Assembly (NCBI GenBank): GCA_031548835.1
Contig: JAVBQS010000110.1
Coordinates: forward strand, 110 to 64,109
Length of the DNA stretch: 64,000 nucleotides
DNA from: Spirochaetia bacterium
GTDB lineage: Bacteria; Spirochaetota; Spirochaetia; CADAEX01
Direction of reading: 5' to 3'
Program-made: the position numbers and the translations under genes
Notes under the pieces: generated by a model
What the model was told of the DNA's origin: nothing
Databases searched by the model: none
The model's input: only the letters and a program-made list of their open reading frames with translations
Part shown: in pieces, positions 1-10,407 of the stretch
Position numbering within the stretch: position 1 is the first letter of the stretch
Layout: every line of letters begins with the position of its first letter

Positions 1-89
1 ATAACATATTTCTACTTTAGGGACACGCCCTAGTTATATTATAGATTGTTGGTGATGAATATGCGAAATGGTTGATAACAAATTAATAA

Positions 90-1064
90 GTGGGTTATGC
101 TATGAAAAATAATGAACAAACATCTTTTATACCTGATAATTTTGATACTCCTGTTCTCTTTCTTATTTTTAACCGGTTGGAAACAACAAAACAGGTTTTC
201 GAGATAATTCGCAATGCTTCACCCAGGAAATTGTATCTTGCATCTGATGGTCCTCGTGATAATCGTATTGGCGAAAAAGAAAAAGTTGAAGAAGTTAGAA
301 AATATGTTCTTGAATCTATTGATTGGGACTGCGAACTTAAAACATTATTTCGAGATAAAAACTTAGGGTGCGGTAAGGCAATTGGAGAAGCTATTGCCTG
401 GTTTTTTGAAAATGAAGAAAGGGGTATTATATTAGAAGACGATTGTTTGCCTAGCCAAAGTTTTTTTTCTTATTGTCAAGAACTATTGGAAAAATATAAA
501 GATGATACGCGGATTTATCATATCGCGGGATATAATCCATTAATATATACAAAAATACCATATAGTTATTATTTTGCACGTATTCAGCATTGTTGGGGTT
601 GGGCAACCTGGAAACGCGCATGGAAACATTATAATTTTGATATTGCTAATCTAAAAGATTTTATACAAACAAAAAAAATCAATACAATATTTAACAGAAG
701 TGTTGATAGACATTATTGGTTGGATATATTCAATCGAATGGAAAGGCATGAGATTGACACGTGGGATTACCAGTGGACATACACTATCTTTAATAATAAT
801 GGAATATGTATCAATCCTGCGACAAGTTTAATTTCAAATATTGGTTTTGGCCCGGATGCAACACATACAATTACAAATACCCCTGTTTCAAACAATCAAC
901 AAAGATTTGAAATAGTAAAGATAATACATCCTGATAAAATAATACTTGATACTTCTATCGTAAAAAAAATAAATGAAACTGTTTTTTGTATAAATTGGTT
1001 GTGGAATTGTAAAACTAGAATAAAACGAATTTTTAAAAATTTTTTATTGAGGGTTAAATTATGA
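90..1064 (+). CDS. Putative GT-A-fold glycosyltransferase (nucleotide-diphospho-sugar transferase-like)
   Basis: 324-aa ORF. The N-terminal 'PVLFLIFNRLETT..ASDGPRD' and an acidic 'ILEDDCLP' (DxD-like) motif are typical of GT-A enzymes found in LPS clusters. The start may be GTG at 90 or ATG at 102. Family assignment is from memory only. Confidence 0.5.
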   Translation: MGYAMKNNEQTSFIPDNFDTPVLFLIFNRLETTKQVFEIIRNASPRKLYLASDGPRDNRIGEKEKVEEVRKYVLESIDWDCELKTLFRDKNLGCGKAIGEAIAWFFENEERGIILEDDCLPSQSFFSYCQELLEKYKDDTRIYHIAGYNPLIYTKIPYSYYFARIQHCWGWATWKRAWKHYNFDIANLKDFIQTKKINTIFNRSVDRHYWLDIFNRMERHEIDTWDYQWTYTIFNNNGICINPATSLISNIGFGPDATHTITNTPVSNNQQRFEIVKIIHPDKIILDTSIVKKINETVFCINWLWNCKTRIKRIFKNFLLRVKL

Positions 1065-1882
1065 CCAGGCCATGTAAAATTTGCTCTGAAATTATGTCTA
1101 TTCACGATAAAGCGCGGATCCTCAATAAGTATATGATAACATATTATCGTTGTCCGAGTTGTGGTTTTATTCAGACTGAAGAGCCTTATTGGTTAAACGA
1201 ATCTTATTCAAGGGTTATTACTAAAATTGATACAGGAGTAGTGGCAAGAAATCTGGCAAATGCAACAAATTTACTTTTTTTTCTAAGAAATATTCAACAA
1301 AATGAATCTTGTCTTGACTTTGGCGGGGGGCATGGAATTTTGACTAGAATAATGAGGGATTATGGTTTTGATTTTTATCATTATGATAAATATGCAGAGA
1401 ATTTATTTGCAGCAGGGTTTGAAGGAAGTATTATTGGTAATAAATTTTATAAAGTAGTTACAGCATTTGAAAACTTTGAGCATTTTGTAAAACCATTAGA
1501 AGAGATAGAAAAAATACTTTCAATTTCAGAAATACTGTATTTTACAACATTATTACTGCCCGATCCCCCTTTATCGATAGATAATTGGTGGTATTATGCG
1601 CCGGAAGGAGGGCAGCACATTTCATTTTATTCTAAAAAAACCCTGCAATATTTTGCTCAAAAATATAACATTTTTTTACTGTCAAATAATAGAGATATTC
1701 ATATTTTGTCAAAAAGTAAAATAAATAAGCATTTTTTTAAATTTCTTACACTTTATAATAGAATAAATAACATGAGTCTTTCAACTTTTTTGAAAAAAAA
1801 ATCAAAAACACAGGAAGATATGAACACTATTTTATCTATAATCAACAGTGGTAAAAGAGACAGTAATGAAAATACTTTATGA
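1061..1882 (+). CDS. Class I SAM-dependent methyltransferase with N-terminal zinc ribbon
   Basis: Cys pairs CKIC...CPSC at the N-terminus. The glycine-rich SAM motif I 'LDFGGGHGIL' is present. The ATG overlaps the upstream stop (ATGA). Confidence 0.65.
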   Translation: MTRPCKICSEIMSIHDKARILNKYMITYYRCPSCGFIQTEEPYWLNESYSRVITKIDTGVVARNLANATNLLFFLRNIQQNESCLDFGGGHGILTRIMRDYGFDFYHYDKYAENLFAAGFEGSIIGNKFYKVVTAFENFEHFVKPLEEIEKILSISEILYFTTLLLPDPPLSIDNWWYYAPEGGQHISFYSKKTLQYFAQKYNIFLLSNNRDIHILSKSKINKHFFKFLTLYNRINNMSLSTFLKKKSKTQEDMNTILSIINSGKRDSNENTL

Positions 1883-3149
1883 TCACCAAGTTTTTTCATG
1901 GCAGAAATTTGGAGGAATTTCACGTTATTTCTATGAATTAATGAAAAATAGCAAAGGTTTATTTGAATATGATGTTTCAGGACTCTATTTCAAAAGTGAG
2001 TATATAAAACTGTTATCTTTATATAAAGAATTTCCATTAAAAATTCATTTTAGAGGAAAATGGAGAATTATTAAATTATTTAATAAATTAAATTCAATTA
2101 AAAAAATAAAAAAGAAAAATTATGATATTTTTCATCCAACATATTATGATTTATACATATTAAGATATATAAAAAATAATTCGCTTGTTGCTGATTCATA
2201 TAATATGATTCATGATAAAAATATTCAATATTATCATAAAGACTATAATAGAATCATAAATAAGATGATTTTCACAAATGTGCAAAAAGCAAAAAATAAT
2301 TTACTATATATTCATCCTGAAATTCATGAAGAAAAAAAAGAGCAGGACCCTAAATTCTTGCCTGTACATAAACAGAACACAACGAAACAAGAGTATATAT
2401 TGTTTACAGGAAACCGTGGTGGATATAAAAATTTTGAGCGGTTCATAATAGCAATAGCGCCTTTATTAATCCATTATAATTTACGCCTTATATGTACTGG
2501 AGATGCTTTTTCAAAAAAAGAAACTGATTTTATAAAACAATATAAAATTGATGATAGAATAGTTGCTGTCTTTGCATCTGAATGCGAACTCCGGGAGTAT
2601 TACGCAAAAGCACTTGCGTTTGTTTTTCCTTCTTTATATGAAGGTTTTGGTTTTCCTATTCTTGAAGCTTTTACAACAGGATGTCCTGCAATTTTGAGCA
2701 ATACAAGTTGCTTTCCAGAAATTGCAGAAGATGCGGCAGCTTATTTCAATCCATATTCTATTGATGACATACGACAGACTATAGAAAAGGTATTATTGGA
2801 TAGTTTTTTTCGGGCAACATTGATTAACAAGGGCTTTGAACGGGTGAAATATTTTTCATGGGAAAAAACAGTAAAGGAAACATATAAACTTTACCGTGAA
2901 GCGCTGTCTGTAGCACCTTTGGGTAAAGTACGATTAGTGTTAACTGTACATGATATGATTCATGAGTTTTTTCCTGAATATTTTCCAAGTAAAGATCAAA
3001 CAGTTTTGAATAAATATATTATGATGAGGAATGCTGATAAAATAATCGCAATATCTAATAATACAAAAATGGATATTCTAAAATTATACCCGGAAATAGA
3101 CGAGAAAAAAATTAAAGTCATTTATCATGGAGCACCATTCAATGAATAA
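1866..3149 (+). CDS. Glycosyltransferase family 4 (GT-B)
   Basis: C-terminal 'EGFGFPILEAFTTGCPAILSN' matches the GT4 EX7E region. The probable start is MKILYDHQ at 1866; the ORF is open from 1848. Confidence 0.8.
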   Translation: MKILYDHQVFSWQKFGGISRYFYELMKNSKGLFEYDVSGLYFKSEYIKLLSLYKEFPLKIHFRGKWRIIKLFNKLNSIKKIKKKNYDIFHPTYYDLYILRYIKNNSLVADSYNMIHDKNIQYYHKDYNRIINKMIFTNVQKAKNNLLYIHPEIHEEKKEQDPKFLPVHKQNTTKQEYILFTGNRGGYKNFERFIIAIAPLLIHYNLRLICTGDAFSKKETDFIKQYKIDDRIVAVFASECELREYYAKALAFVFPSLYEGFGFPILEAFTTGCPAILSNTSCFPEIAEDAAAYFNPYSIDDIRQTIEKVLLDSFFRATLINKGFERVKYFSWEKTVKETYKLYREALSVAPLGKVRLVLTVHDMIHEFFPEYFPSKDQTVLNKYIMMRNADKIIAISNNTKMDILKLYPEIDEKKIKVIYHGAPFNE

Positions 3150-3197
3150 CTTTGCTAGATTTTGTATAGATGCATATAACTTGCGGAGGGAATTATT

Positions 3198-3956
3198 TTG
3201 AAAATCTATGTTATAACGCTTCCTGACTCTTTAGATAGGCAGCAATTTATAAAGTCGCAGTTTGATAGCCATAATACACCATTTGAATTTGTGTCTGCAG
3301 TATATGGAAAAGGCTTAACAGAGACAGAAAAAGAAAACTTGTATGATTATAAAAAAGCTAAATTTTTTTCCAGGGAACTAACACCAGGCGAGATTGGATG
3401 CTCTTTGAGCCATCGGTCTATCTATGAAAAAATGGTAAAAGAAGGTACTGAACGAGCTGTAATACTTGAAGATGATATTACTTTAAGGCCTGACTTTTTT
3501 GATTTACTCCACGCGCTTGGCGAATTGCCTATAAAAAAATATATTATAAAACTTGAAAGATTTAATTGGAGTATAAAAAATGAAAACAATGTAAAACGTG
3601 GCCATTTTACGCCATGGCACAGAATAAAACTTACTGGAGAATATTTTATCGGCCAACCGCTGGCTAACCCTAGTTTAACTTGGGGCTATTATATTGATCT
3701 TGCTGCAGCCAAAAAATTATATTCTGTTATGCCCAAAGTATTTCTTGTTTCTGATTCATGGTGGTATTATAGAAAATTTATATCATTAAGAATGATTAAC
3801 AAACCTGTAATCAGCAATAATGATGAGATATTTGACTCTATTATAGGAGAACGTGATTCTTTTCAAGTTACACCTGAAACAAAAACTACTTTTTTTGAAA
3901 AAATCTGCAAATTTCCAAAGAAACTAATAAAATTGTTAAAGTGGATTTTTTATTAA
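3198..3956 (+). CDS. Glycosyltransferase family 25 (LOS beta-1,4-galactosyltransferase-like)
   Basis: 'MKIYVITLPDSLDRQ...' and 'ILEDDITL' resemble the Lic2B/LgtB-type GT25 family. TTG start preceded by a GGAGG SD. Confidence 0.6.
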   Translation: MKIYVITLPDSLDRQQFIKSQFDSHNTPFEFVSAVYGKGLTETEKENLYDYKKAKFFSRELTPGEIGCSLSHRSIYEKMVKEGTERAVILEDDITLRPDFFDLLHALGELPIKKYIIKLERFNWSIKNENNVKRGHFTPWHRIKLTGEYFIGQPLANPSLTWGYYIDLAAAKKLYSVMPKVFLVSDSWWYYRKFISLRMINKPVISNNDEIFDSIIGERDSFQVTPETKTTFFEKICKFPKKLIKLLKWIFY

Positions 3957-4171
3957 TCTTGAAAATATCCAAATATTTTCTATAAACTAACGGATTATTC
4001 TAAACAACAAGATAAAATTTATATTACTACTACACAAAATTATTGAAAATAAAGTTAATAGAAACAACAGAAATATAAAAACCAATATTCCGGAACTCAA
4101 AACAAGAGGATTGATAGTGCAAGCAGGTTCTGACAAGGGTGTTTATTGGAAAATTAAAAAAGGAATTTTAT

Positions 4172-5842
4172 ATGTTTAAATTTTTATATACTTTGATAAT
4201 TTCTCCCGCAAATAGTGAACCCAAGGAATTTAAAAATATTTTATTCTGCATTATTTCTGTATTGCCTCCTAATATATTTATGTTTCATTTATATTCAAAA
4301 AATGCCGAGCACATTGAGTATTGGCATATTTTTATTCTGACAACACTGTTTTCATGTATAGGCGTTTTTATGTATTGGGTCATATCCTGTGCAGGAAAAT
4401 CAATGCAGGGAAGCGCTCTGGTATCTGTTTTTCTATGGGCAATGTTTTTTACCATACATCCTTTATATCAAAGTTTAGATGTTTTTTATTATTCAGTATT
4501 AAGCAGAAAATTCAAACTTATTTTGCTTCTAACAATAGTATTGTTTTTGACAATTATAATTTTTATAATTGGCCGCCGGCTAAAAAATATAAAAATTTTT
4601 CAAATACTGGCAATATTTGAAATAGTCGTTTTTTTGATTAATTTTTTTCAAGCAACAGGAACATATATTTCAAAAATAGCTTTCACCGATTCAGAGACGA
4701 ATTATAAGACAAGTTTTAATGTTGATATTAACAGCCCAAGCCCCAATATATACTGGATCCATATGGATGGTATGCTCGGTTTTGAAGCTATGGAATATTT
4801 TTTTAATGATCAACAAGAAGAATTTGAAAATCAGCTAAAAGAAAGAAATTTTATTGTCAACAGAGAAGCAGAATTTGAAGCAAATCATTATACAACATAT
4901 GCAATTCCCATGCTGATGAGTCCGTTCTATTATGATAAAAATGTACTATCTTTGTTAAAATCAGTAAATCTTCAAAATCTTTCCAAAAAACAACGGGTTT
5001 TTCAGAAGATGGCAAATAGTTTTAATAGTGCAAGATTACATAATGAATTAATTGCTGCTTTTAATGCAAAAGGATATCAAACCAATATAATTACAGAAAA
5101 TCTCGGTTATTATTGGTATCCTGTAACACAACTTTCTTATATTCCATACGGAAAAATAGAATATGATATTTCCAATATTGAAAACACTGTAGCATTAGAC
5201 AAATTAAATCAACTTAATGATTTGATGGCCCAGGCTACAATTAGCCATATAATTTTGGTTCCTGTCCAGAGAATTTTTGAAAAATTATATCAAAAACGTT
5301 TGAATATTAAACCTGTAAAAAATTATGGAAATGATACAAAAGGAATTACTAAAATTTTATTATATGAAAATACTACATGGTATATTAATGCTTTATCGGA
5401 AATATTTAAAAATCCGCAGCCGCGACTGACAATTATTGATGATAGCAAAGCACATTTTCCTTTTGCATTTAATGAAGATGGTTCCAGTATTGCCAGATCA
5501 GAAAAAGAAAGTACAGATATCTATAATTACCCTCCCCAACACAGATTTGCAAGGAAATACCTTGTTGCTCTTATTGATTTTATTCTTGCCAATGATCCGG
5601 AAGCAATAATTGTTGTACAATCTGATCATGGGTTGCATCATAACAATTCACAAAGGCAAATTCTTTCTTCTGGTGGTACAGTGGATGAGGTTTGCCTTAT
5701 ATATAATCAAACTATGAGCGCAATACGGATACCGGCAAAGTGGGACAGTCTGGGTGATCCAGTTGATCCGCTTAATATAACGAGGGTGCTTGTAAATCGT
5801 TATGTTGGGCAAAACTATGAGTTACTGGAAGATCATCCATAG
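4172..5842 (+). CDS. Polytopic membrane protein with alkaline-phosphatase-superfamily (EptA/LtaS/MdoB-like) phosphotransferase domain; divergent paralog
   Basis: N-terminal multi-TM region. The C-terminal domain has 'IYWIHMDGMLG' (metal site), 'TTYAIPMLMS' (a Thr-nucleophile context like MCR-1/EptA 'GTSTAYSVPCMF') and 'VVQSDHGLHH' (Asp-His metal ligands). Confidence 0.55.
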   Translation: MFKFLYTLIISPANSEPKEFKNILFCIISVLPPNIFMFHLYSKNAEHIEYWHIFILTTLFSCIGVFMYWVISCAGKSMQGSALVSVFLWAMFFTIHPLYQSLDVFYYSVLSRKFKLILLLTIVLFLTIIIFIIGRRLKNIKIFQILAIFEIVVFLINFFQATGTYISKIAFTDSETNYKTSFNVDINSPSPNIYWIHMDGMLGFEAMEYFFNDQQEEFENQLKERNFIVNREAEFEANHYTTYAIPMLMSPFYYDKNVLSLLKSVNLQNLSKKQRVFQKMANSFNSARLHNELIAAFNAKGYQTNIITENLGYYWYPVTQLSYIPYGKIEYDISNIENTVALDKLNQLNDLMAQATISHIILVPVQRIFEKLYQKRLNIKPVKNYGNDTKGITKILLYENTTWYINALSEIFKNPQPRLTIIDDSKAHFPFAFNEDGSSIARSEKESTDIYNYPPQHRFARKYLVALIDFILANDPEAIIVVQSDHGLHHNNSQRQILSSGGTVDEVCLIYNQTMSAIRIPAKWDSLGDPVDPLNITRVLVNRYVGQNYELLEDHP

Positions 5843-5890
5843 CTTTAATATTATTATAAAATTGTATTTAGGTTAGAGAAAAAGTAAATC

Positions 5891-6637
5891 ATGAAAACAA
5901 AACCGCTATTTTCGATAATTACAGCAACATATAATTCTGAAAAAACATTAACTACAGCTATTGAATCTGTAGTTATGCAGCCATATTCAAACGTCGAACA
6001 CATAATTATAGACGGAAACTCAACTGATAATACAGTTTTCATTATAAAACAATATGCAGAAAAATTTCCTGATAAAATTAAATGGGTGTCTGAACCAGAT
6101 GATGGAATATATTATGCAATAAACAAAGGAATTGATTTAGCTAACGGAGATATAGTCGGGGTCCTTGGCAGTGATGATTCATATTTGCCAGAGACATTTC
6201 AGAGAGTAGCTGAGGAATTTTCTAAAGATGATAAATTAAAAGTTGTTTATGGGTTAGTTAATGTTTATTTAAAGAATATCCATGTTGAAACAGCTGGAAA
6301 ACATCATAATAATTTAAAGAAAGCACCCTTGCCACATCAGGCATGTTTTTTTTCAAAAGGAATTCATGATAAATATGGCAAGTATAATACAAATTATAAA
6401 ATTGGTGCAGACTATGATTTTTTATTAAGAGTATTGGAAAAAGAAGATGTTATTTTTATAAACTTAAATATACCGCTTGCAAATTATTCTTCTGAAGGAA
6501 TATCGTCCAACAATTATATGACTTATTGTGAACAACAAAAAGTAAAATACGAAAGAAAACTTATTAATAAAAAAAGATATAAAAAAAATATCATTAAAGC
6601 TAAAATTAAAAATATTTTTAAAAATATTTTTAAATAA
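5891..6637 (+). CDS. Glycosyltransferase family 2
   Basis: 'FSIITATYNSEKTL...IIIDGNSTDNT' is a canonical GT2 N-terminus. Confidence 0.8.
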   Translation: MKTKPLFSIITATYNSEKTLTTAIESVVMQPYSNVEHIIIDGNSTDNTVFIIKQYAEKFPDKIKWVSEPDDGIYYAINKGIDLANGDIVGVLGSDDSYLPETFQRVAEEFSKDDKLKVVYGLVNVYLKNIHVETAGKHHNNLKKAPLPHQACFFSKGIHDKYGKYNTNYKIGADYDFLLRVLEKEDVIFINLNIPLANYSSEGISSNNYMTYCEQQKVKYERKLINKKRYKKNIIKAKIKNIFKNIFK

Positions 6638-6657
6638 GCATAAAAGAGAAAAAAATA

Positions 6658-7626
6658 ATGCCTAAAATTAGCGTAATAGTTCCTGTCTACAATTGTGAAA
6701 AATTTTTGCATGAATGTGTAAACAGTATCTTAACCCAAACATTTTCAGATATAGAGATTATTCTGATTAATGATGGCAGTACAGACAGGAGTCCTGCAAT
6801 TTGCGATGAGTATGCAAAATTAGACAAGCGCGTGATTGTGATACATAAAGAAAACAGAGGGGTTTCTTCTGCACGTAATGCAGGAATTAGACAATCTGCC
6901 GGAAAATATATAGGATTTGTTGATGCAGATGATTATTGTTATCCGGAGTGTTTTAAAATCTTTATTGAAAATATTGAAAAATATAATGCAGATTTAATAA
7001 TTGCCCAGTATTGTACTGAACGCAAAACATATTCTCTTAAAAAAGCCGATGGGAAAATTGAAATATTAAAAAAAGCCGATTCTTTTAGTCGCTTGTTTGA
7101 ATTCAATAATTCTCTTTGGAATAAATTTTTTTGTCGCAATATTATAATAAAAAATAATATATGTTTTGACGAAACCCTGCATCATACCGAAGACTTATCA
7201 TTTGTTTGCAATTATTTGCAGTATATTGATAAAGCAGTATATGTGCATGAATATGTATATTATTATCGAATAAATATAAATTCAATTACATCTTCTCCAA
7301 ACCTGAAAAAAAATTTAAGTATTTTAAAACTGGTTGAATTTCTTGATAATATATATTCTCATAATGCTCCTGAATATTTCTATATTTGTAATGAATTTTG
7401 CAGAGGCATATACATGGATATTGCCAATAGTTATAGAGCAATAAATGAAAAAAATCATATGAAATCTTATTTAAAAAAATCAAAAGGCAGGTTGAAAAAA
7501 ATTCTTTTTGATAAAAATGCGCCATTAAAATTTAAAATCAGATCGCTTCTTCTCTCAAGCCGGTTCATTACTAAAATTAAAAAATATCCTAATTTGATAA
7601 AAATAAAACGAAAGACAAAACGCTAA
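6658..7626 (+). CDS. Glycosyltransferase family 2
   Basis: 'ISVIVPVYNCEKFL...ILINDGSTDRS...VDADD' are canonical GT2 motifs. Confidence 0.85.
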   Translation: MPKISVIVPVYNCEKFLHECVNSILTQTFSDIEIILINDGSTDRSPAICDEYAKLDKRVIVIHKENRGVSSARNAGIRQSAGKYIGFVDADDYCYPECFKIFIENIEKYNADLIIAQYCTERKTYSLKKADGKIEILKKADSFSRLFEFNNSLWNKFFCRNIIIKNNICFDETLHHTEDLSFVCNYLQYIDKAVYVHEYVYYYRININSITSSPNLKKNLSILKLVEFLDNIYSHNAPEYFYICNEFCRGIYMDIANSYRAINEKNHMKSYLKKSKGRLKKILFDKNAPLKFKIRSLLLSSRFITKIKKYPNLIKIKRKTKR

Positions 7627-7725
7627 TATATACAACATAACAAAAAAATATAATATTGCAGAAAAATAAAAATTCTGGATATCCTAAAGTAACAATCAAA
7701 TCCATCAAAAGATCGACAGGTTTAA

Positions 7726-8808
7726 ATGAAAAAAAAATTAATCTTACAGGTTATTTCTTCTCCAATTTGTGGAGGAGCAGAAGTTTTAGTCAGAGAGTTG
7801 GGACAAAGAATAAAATCTGAAGAATTTGATTCAGAAGTTCTATACTTTAATAAAATTTCCAAAGCAAATATAAAATTGTATAACAATGAAAGCTCTCTTT
7901 TAACCGGAGACAAAAATCCTTTAACTATTTTAAAACTACGTAAATTCATAAAAAACAAATTAAAAATGTATCAAAAAATAATTATTCATGTACATTTGAC
8001 ATATCCTTTTTTTTATGTTCCTATAGCAACATTGTTTTTTAATGTTGTATTGATATTTACTGAACATAATACATCTAACAAGCGGAGACAAATACGATGT
8101 TTTAAATATATTGAACGTATTTTTTACAGCAGGTATAGAAAAATATGTTGTATAAGCAAAGGAGTTGAAACTGCTTTAGCTAAATGGCTTGGTAAAAAAT
8201 TTGATGATAGATTGACTGTAATTAATAATGGTGCAAAATTATATACATTTAAAAACCGTTGCAATTTTATAAAACCCAAAATAATTTCCATAGGCACACT
8301 TACAAAAAAGAAAAATTTTAAAACTACAATAAAAGCAATTTCTTTTATTAGAGATGAGATTGAATCATATTCAATTATAGGGGAAGGAATAGAGCGGGAG
8401 TTTTTAAATAGGCTGATAAAAGAAAATGGTTTAGAAGAAAAAGTCAATCTGCAAGGATGGTCTGATCAGATAGAAAAACACCTGCATGAAGCAGATATTC
8501 AGCTTATTCCATCGCTTTGGGAAGGTTTTGGTTTGGTCGCTGTAGAAGGCATGTCTACAGGTATATTTATAATAGCTTCAGAAGTTGATGGCTTAAAAGA
8601 AGTGTTAGGACAAAATAACCCATCTGTAAAATTGATACAGGATATTGAAAACCCTCAAAAATGGGCGATTGAAATTAGGCAAGCTGTTGACCTTCTGCGA
8701 AGCAATCAAAAAGAGATTGCTCTTTCTGCCAGAAAACAGTCTGAAAAATTTTCTATTGAAAATATGGTTGATGCCTATAGCAGGTTATATCACAATATTC
8801 AATGCTGA
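7726..8808 (+). CDS. Glycosyltransferase family 4
   Basis: 'EGFGLVAVEGMSTGIFIIASEVDGLKEV' is a GT4 signature. Confidence 0.8.
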   Translation: MKKKLILQVISSPICGGAEVLVRELGQRIKSEEFDSEVLYFNKISKANIKLYNNESSLLTGDKNPLTILKLRKFIKNKLKMYQKIIIHVHLTYPFFYVPIATLFFNVVLIFTEHNTSNKRRQIRCFKYIERIFYSRYRKICCISKGVETALAKWLGKKFDDRLTVINNGAKLYTFKNRCNFIKPKIISIGTLTKKKNFKTTIKAISFIRDEIESYSIIGEGIEREFLNRLIKENGLEEKVNLQGWSDQIEKHLHEADIQLIPSLWEGFGLVAVEGMSTGIFIIASEVDGLKEVLGQNNPSVKLIQDIENPQKWAIEIRQAVDLLRSNQKEIALSARKQSEKFSIENMVDAYSRLYHNIQC

Positions 8809-8918
8809 AAGGGAATTCTTATCGTATAATAAAGAGAGTAACCACCATACATATTTATATGGGTTGCGATACCTCTATTTTAAAAAAGGTCTGACTAGAG
8901 ATTTTATTTCTTATCAGT

Positions 8919-10085
8919 TTGTGTTGCAAAGCGAGTAATGCAAGGTTAAAAGATTTGAGCAATAAACTTTTATTTATTATAAATGATATAAATTTTTTCT
9001 TTTCACATAGATTTCCAATTGCAATTGCTGCAAAAAAAAATGGATTTGAGATTCATATAGCAGCACCTTCTATTGCAAAAATGGAAAGTAAAATTTTACA
9101 AGAAGGATTTTTTTTTCATCCAGTTAGAATATACCGCAGTAGTTTAAATCCATTTAAAGAATTGTTAACTTTTTTTGATCTTTATAAATTAGAGAAAAAA
9201 ATAAAACCAGATATTTTACATCTTGTAACAATAAAACCTGTTTTATATGGAGGAATTACAGCCAGGTTTGCAAAAATAAAAAATATTGTTGCAGCAGTAC
9301 CAGGGCTAGGAAGTGCATTTAGGAAAAATGGTCTGAAAGGAAAATTATTACGCATAGTTATAAGTTTTTTATATAAAACAGCATTAAAAGGTAAAAATTT
9401 AATAGTAATTTTTCAAAATAACGATGATAAAAAAATCATAACAAAACTTTGCAGGTTACAGGAAAAACAGACAATACTTATCCCAGGATCTGGTGTTAAT
9501 CTCAAAGAGTACCAGTTTCTGCCGGAACCAGAAGGAATTCCTATTATTATAATGGCATCCCGCTTGTTAAAAGATAAGGGAGTTCCTGAATTTGTTAAAG
9601 CTGCAAGAATTTTAAGAGAAAGAGGTATTATTGCTGAATTTTGGCTTGCCGGAGATATTGATCCTGGCAATCCCACCAGTGTAACAACAGATGATTTAAA
9701 TAGTTGGAAAGAGGAAGGAATCGTAAAAATACTTGGATTTCGTACAGATATATCTACTCTTTTTCCTAAATCAAATATTGTTGTTTTTCCTTCTGCATAT
9801 AGAGAAGGGTTACCCAAAGTTTTAGTTGAAGCAGCTGCCTGCGGAAGAGCTGTTATAACAACAAATATTCCCGGCTGCAGAGATGCCATAATACCAGATA
9901 AAACAGGACTTCTTATACCTATAAAAGATGTAAATGCAATTGCTGATGCTGCAGAATATTTGATTAAAAATCCGGAACTTAGAAAAGATTTTGGTAAAGC
10001 CGGACGCAAATTAGCAGAACAACTCTTTAATATTGAAGATATTGTTGAAAAACATTTACAAATTTACAAAAAATTATTGCAGTAA
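8919..10085 (+). CDS. Glycosyltransferase family 4
   Basis: 'REGLPKVLVEAAACGRAVITTNIPGCRDAI' (EX7E). The 5' end of the coding region contains an A9 tract. Confidence 0.8.
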   Translation: MCCKASNARLKDLSNKLLFIINDINFFFSHRFPIAIAAKKNGFEIHIAAPSIAKMESKILQEGFFFHPVRIYRSSLNPFKELLTFFDLYKLEKKIKPDILHLVTIKPVLYGGITARFAKIKNIVAAVPGLGSAFRKNGLKGKLLRIVISFLYKTALKGKNLIVIFQNNDDKKIITKLCRLQEKQTILIPGSGVNLKEYQFLPEPEGIPIIIMASRLLKDKGVPEFVKAARILRERGIIAEFWLAGDIDPGNPTSVTTDDLNSWKEEGIVKILGFRTDISTLFPKSNIVVFPSAYREGLPKVLVEAAACGRAVITTNIPGCRDAIIPDKTGLLIPIKDVNAIADAAEYLIKNPELRKDFGKAGRKLAEQLFNIEDIVEKHLQIYKKLLQ

Positions 10086-10407
10086 AGTTATTAGAACTTA
10101 CTTTATAAATATTTTTCATAATTCTTAAAACTGATAAATAACCTTATTTTACATATTTATCAGTTTTAAATTATGTATTTAATCTAAATTTAGTATTAAA
10201 TTTTTACAATTATTTCTTTTTCATAAAAAATCTGCCAGAAATATATATACTAAAAGTTTTGAAATAAATGTAAATATTTAAAGAATATAGAATTATACTG
10301 GGCAAATTTGTAACAAAAATATAAAAAATATGTTTTTTTAATAAGATATTATTAAAAAAGAATACCGTAATATACAAAAAGATATAAAAATATTATAATA
10401 TTTTTCC

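Noticed and set aside
4321-4620. 99-aa ORF nested in-frame-shifted within 4172..5842, and 8645..8938, 31764..32234(-), 31898..32143
   Set aside because: These overlap better-supported genes or pseudogene remnants and translate to low-complexity sequence.
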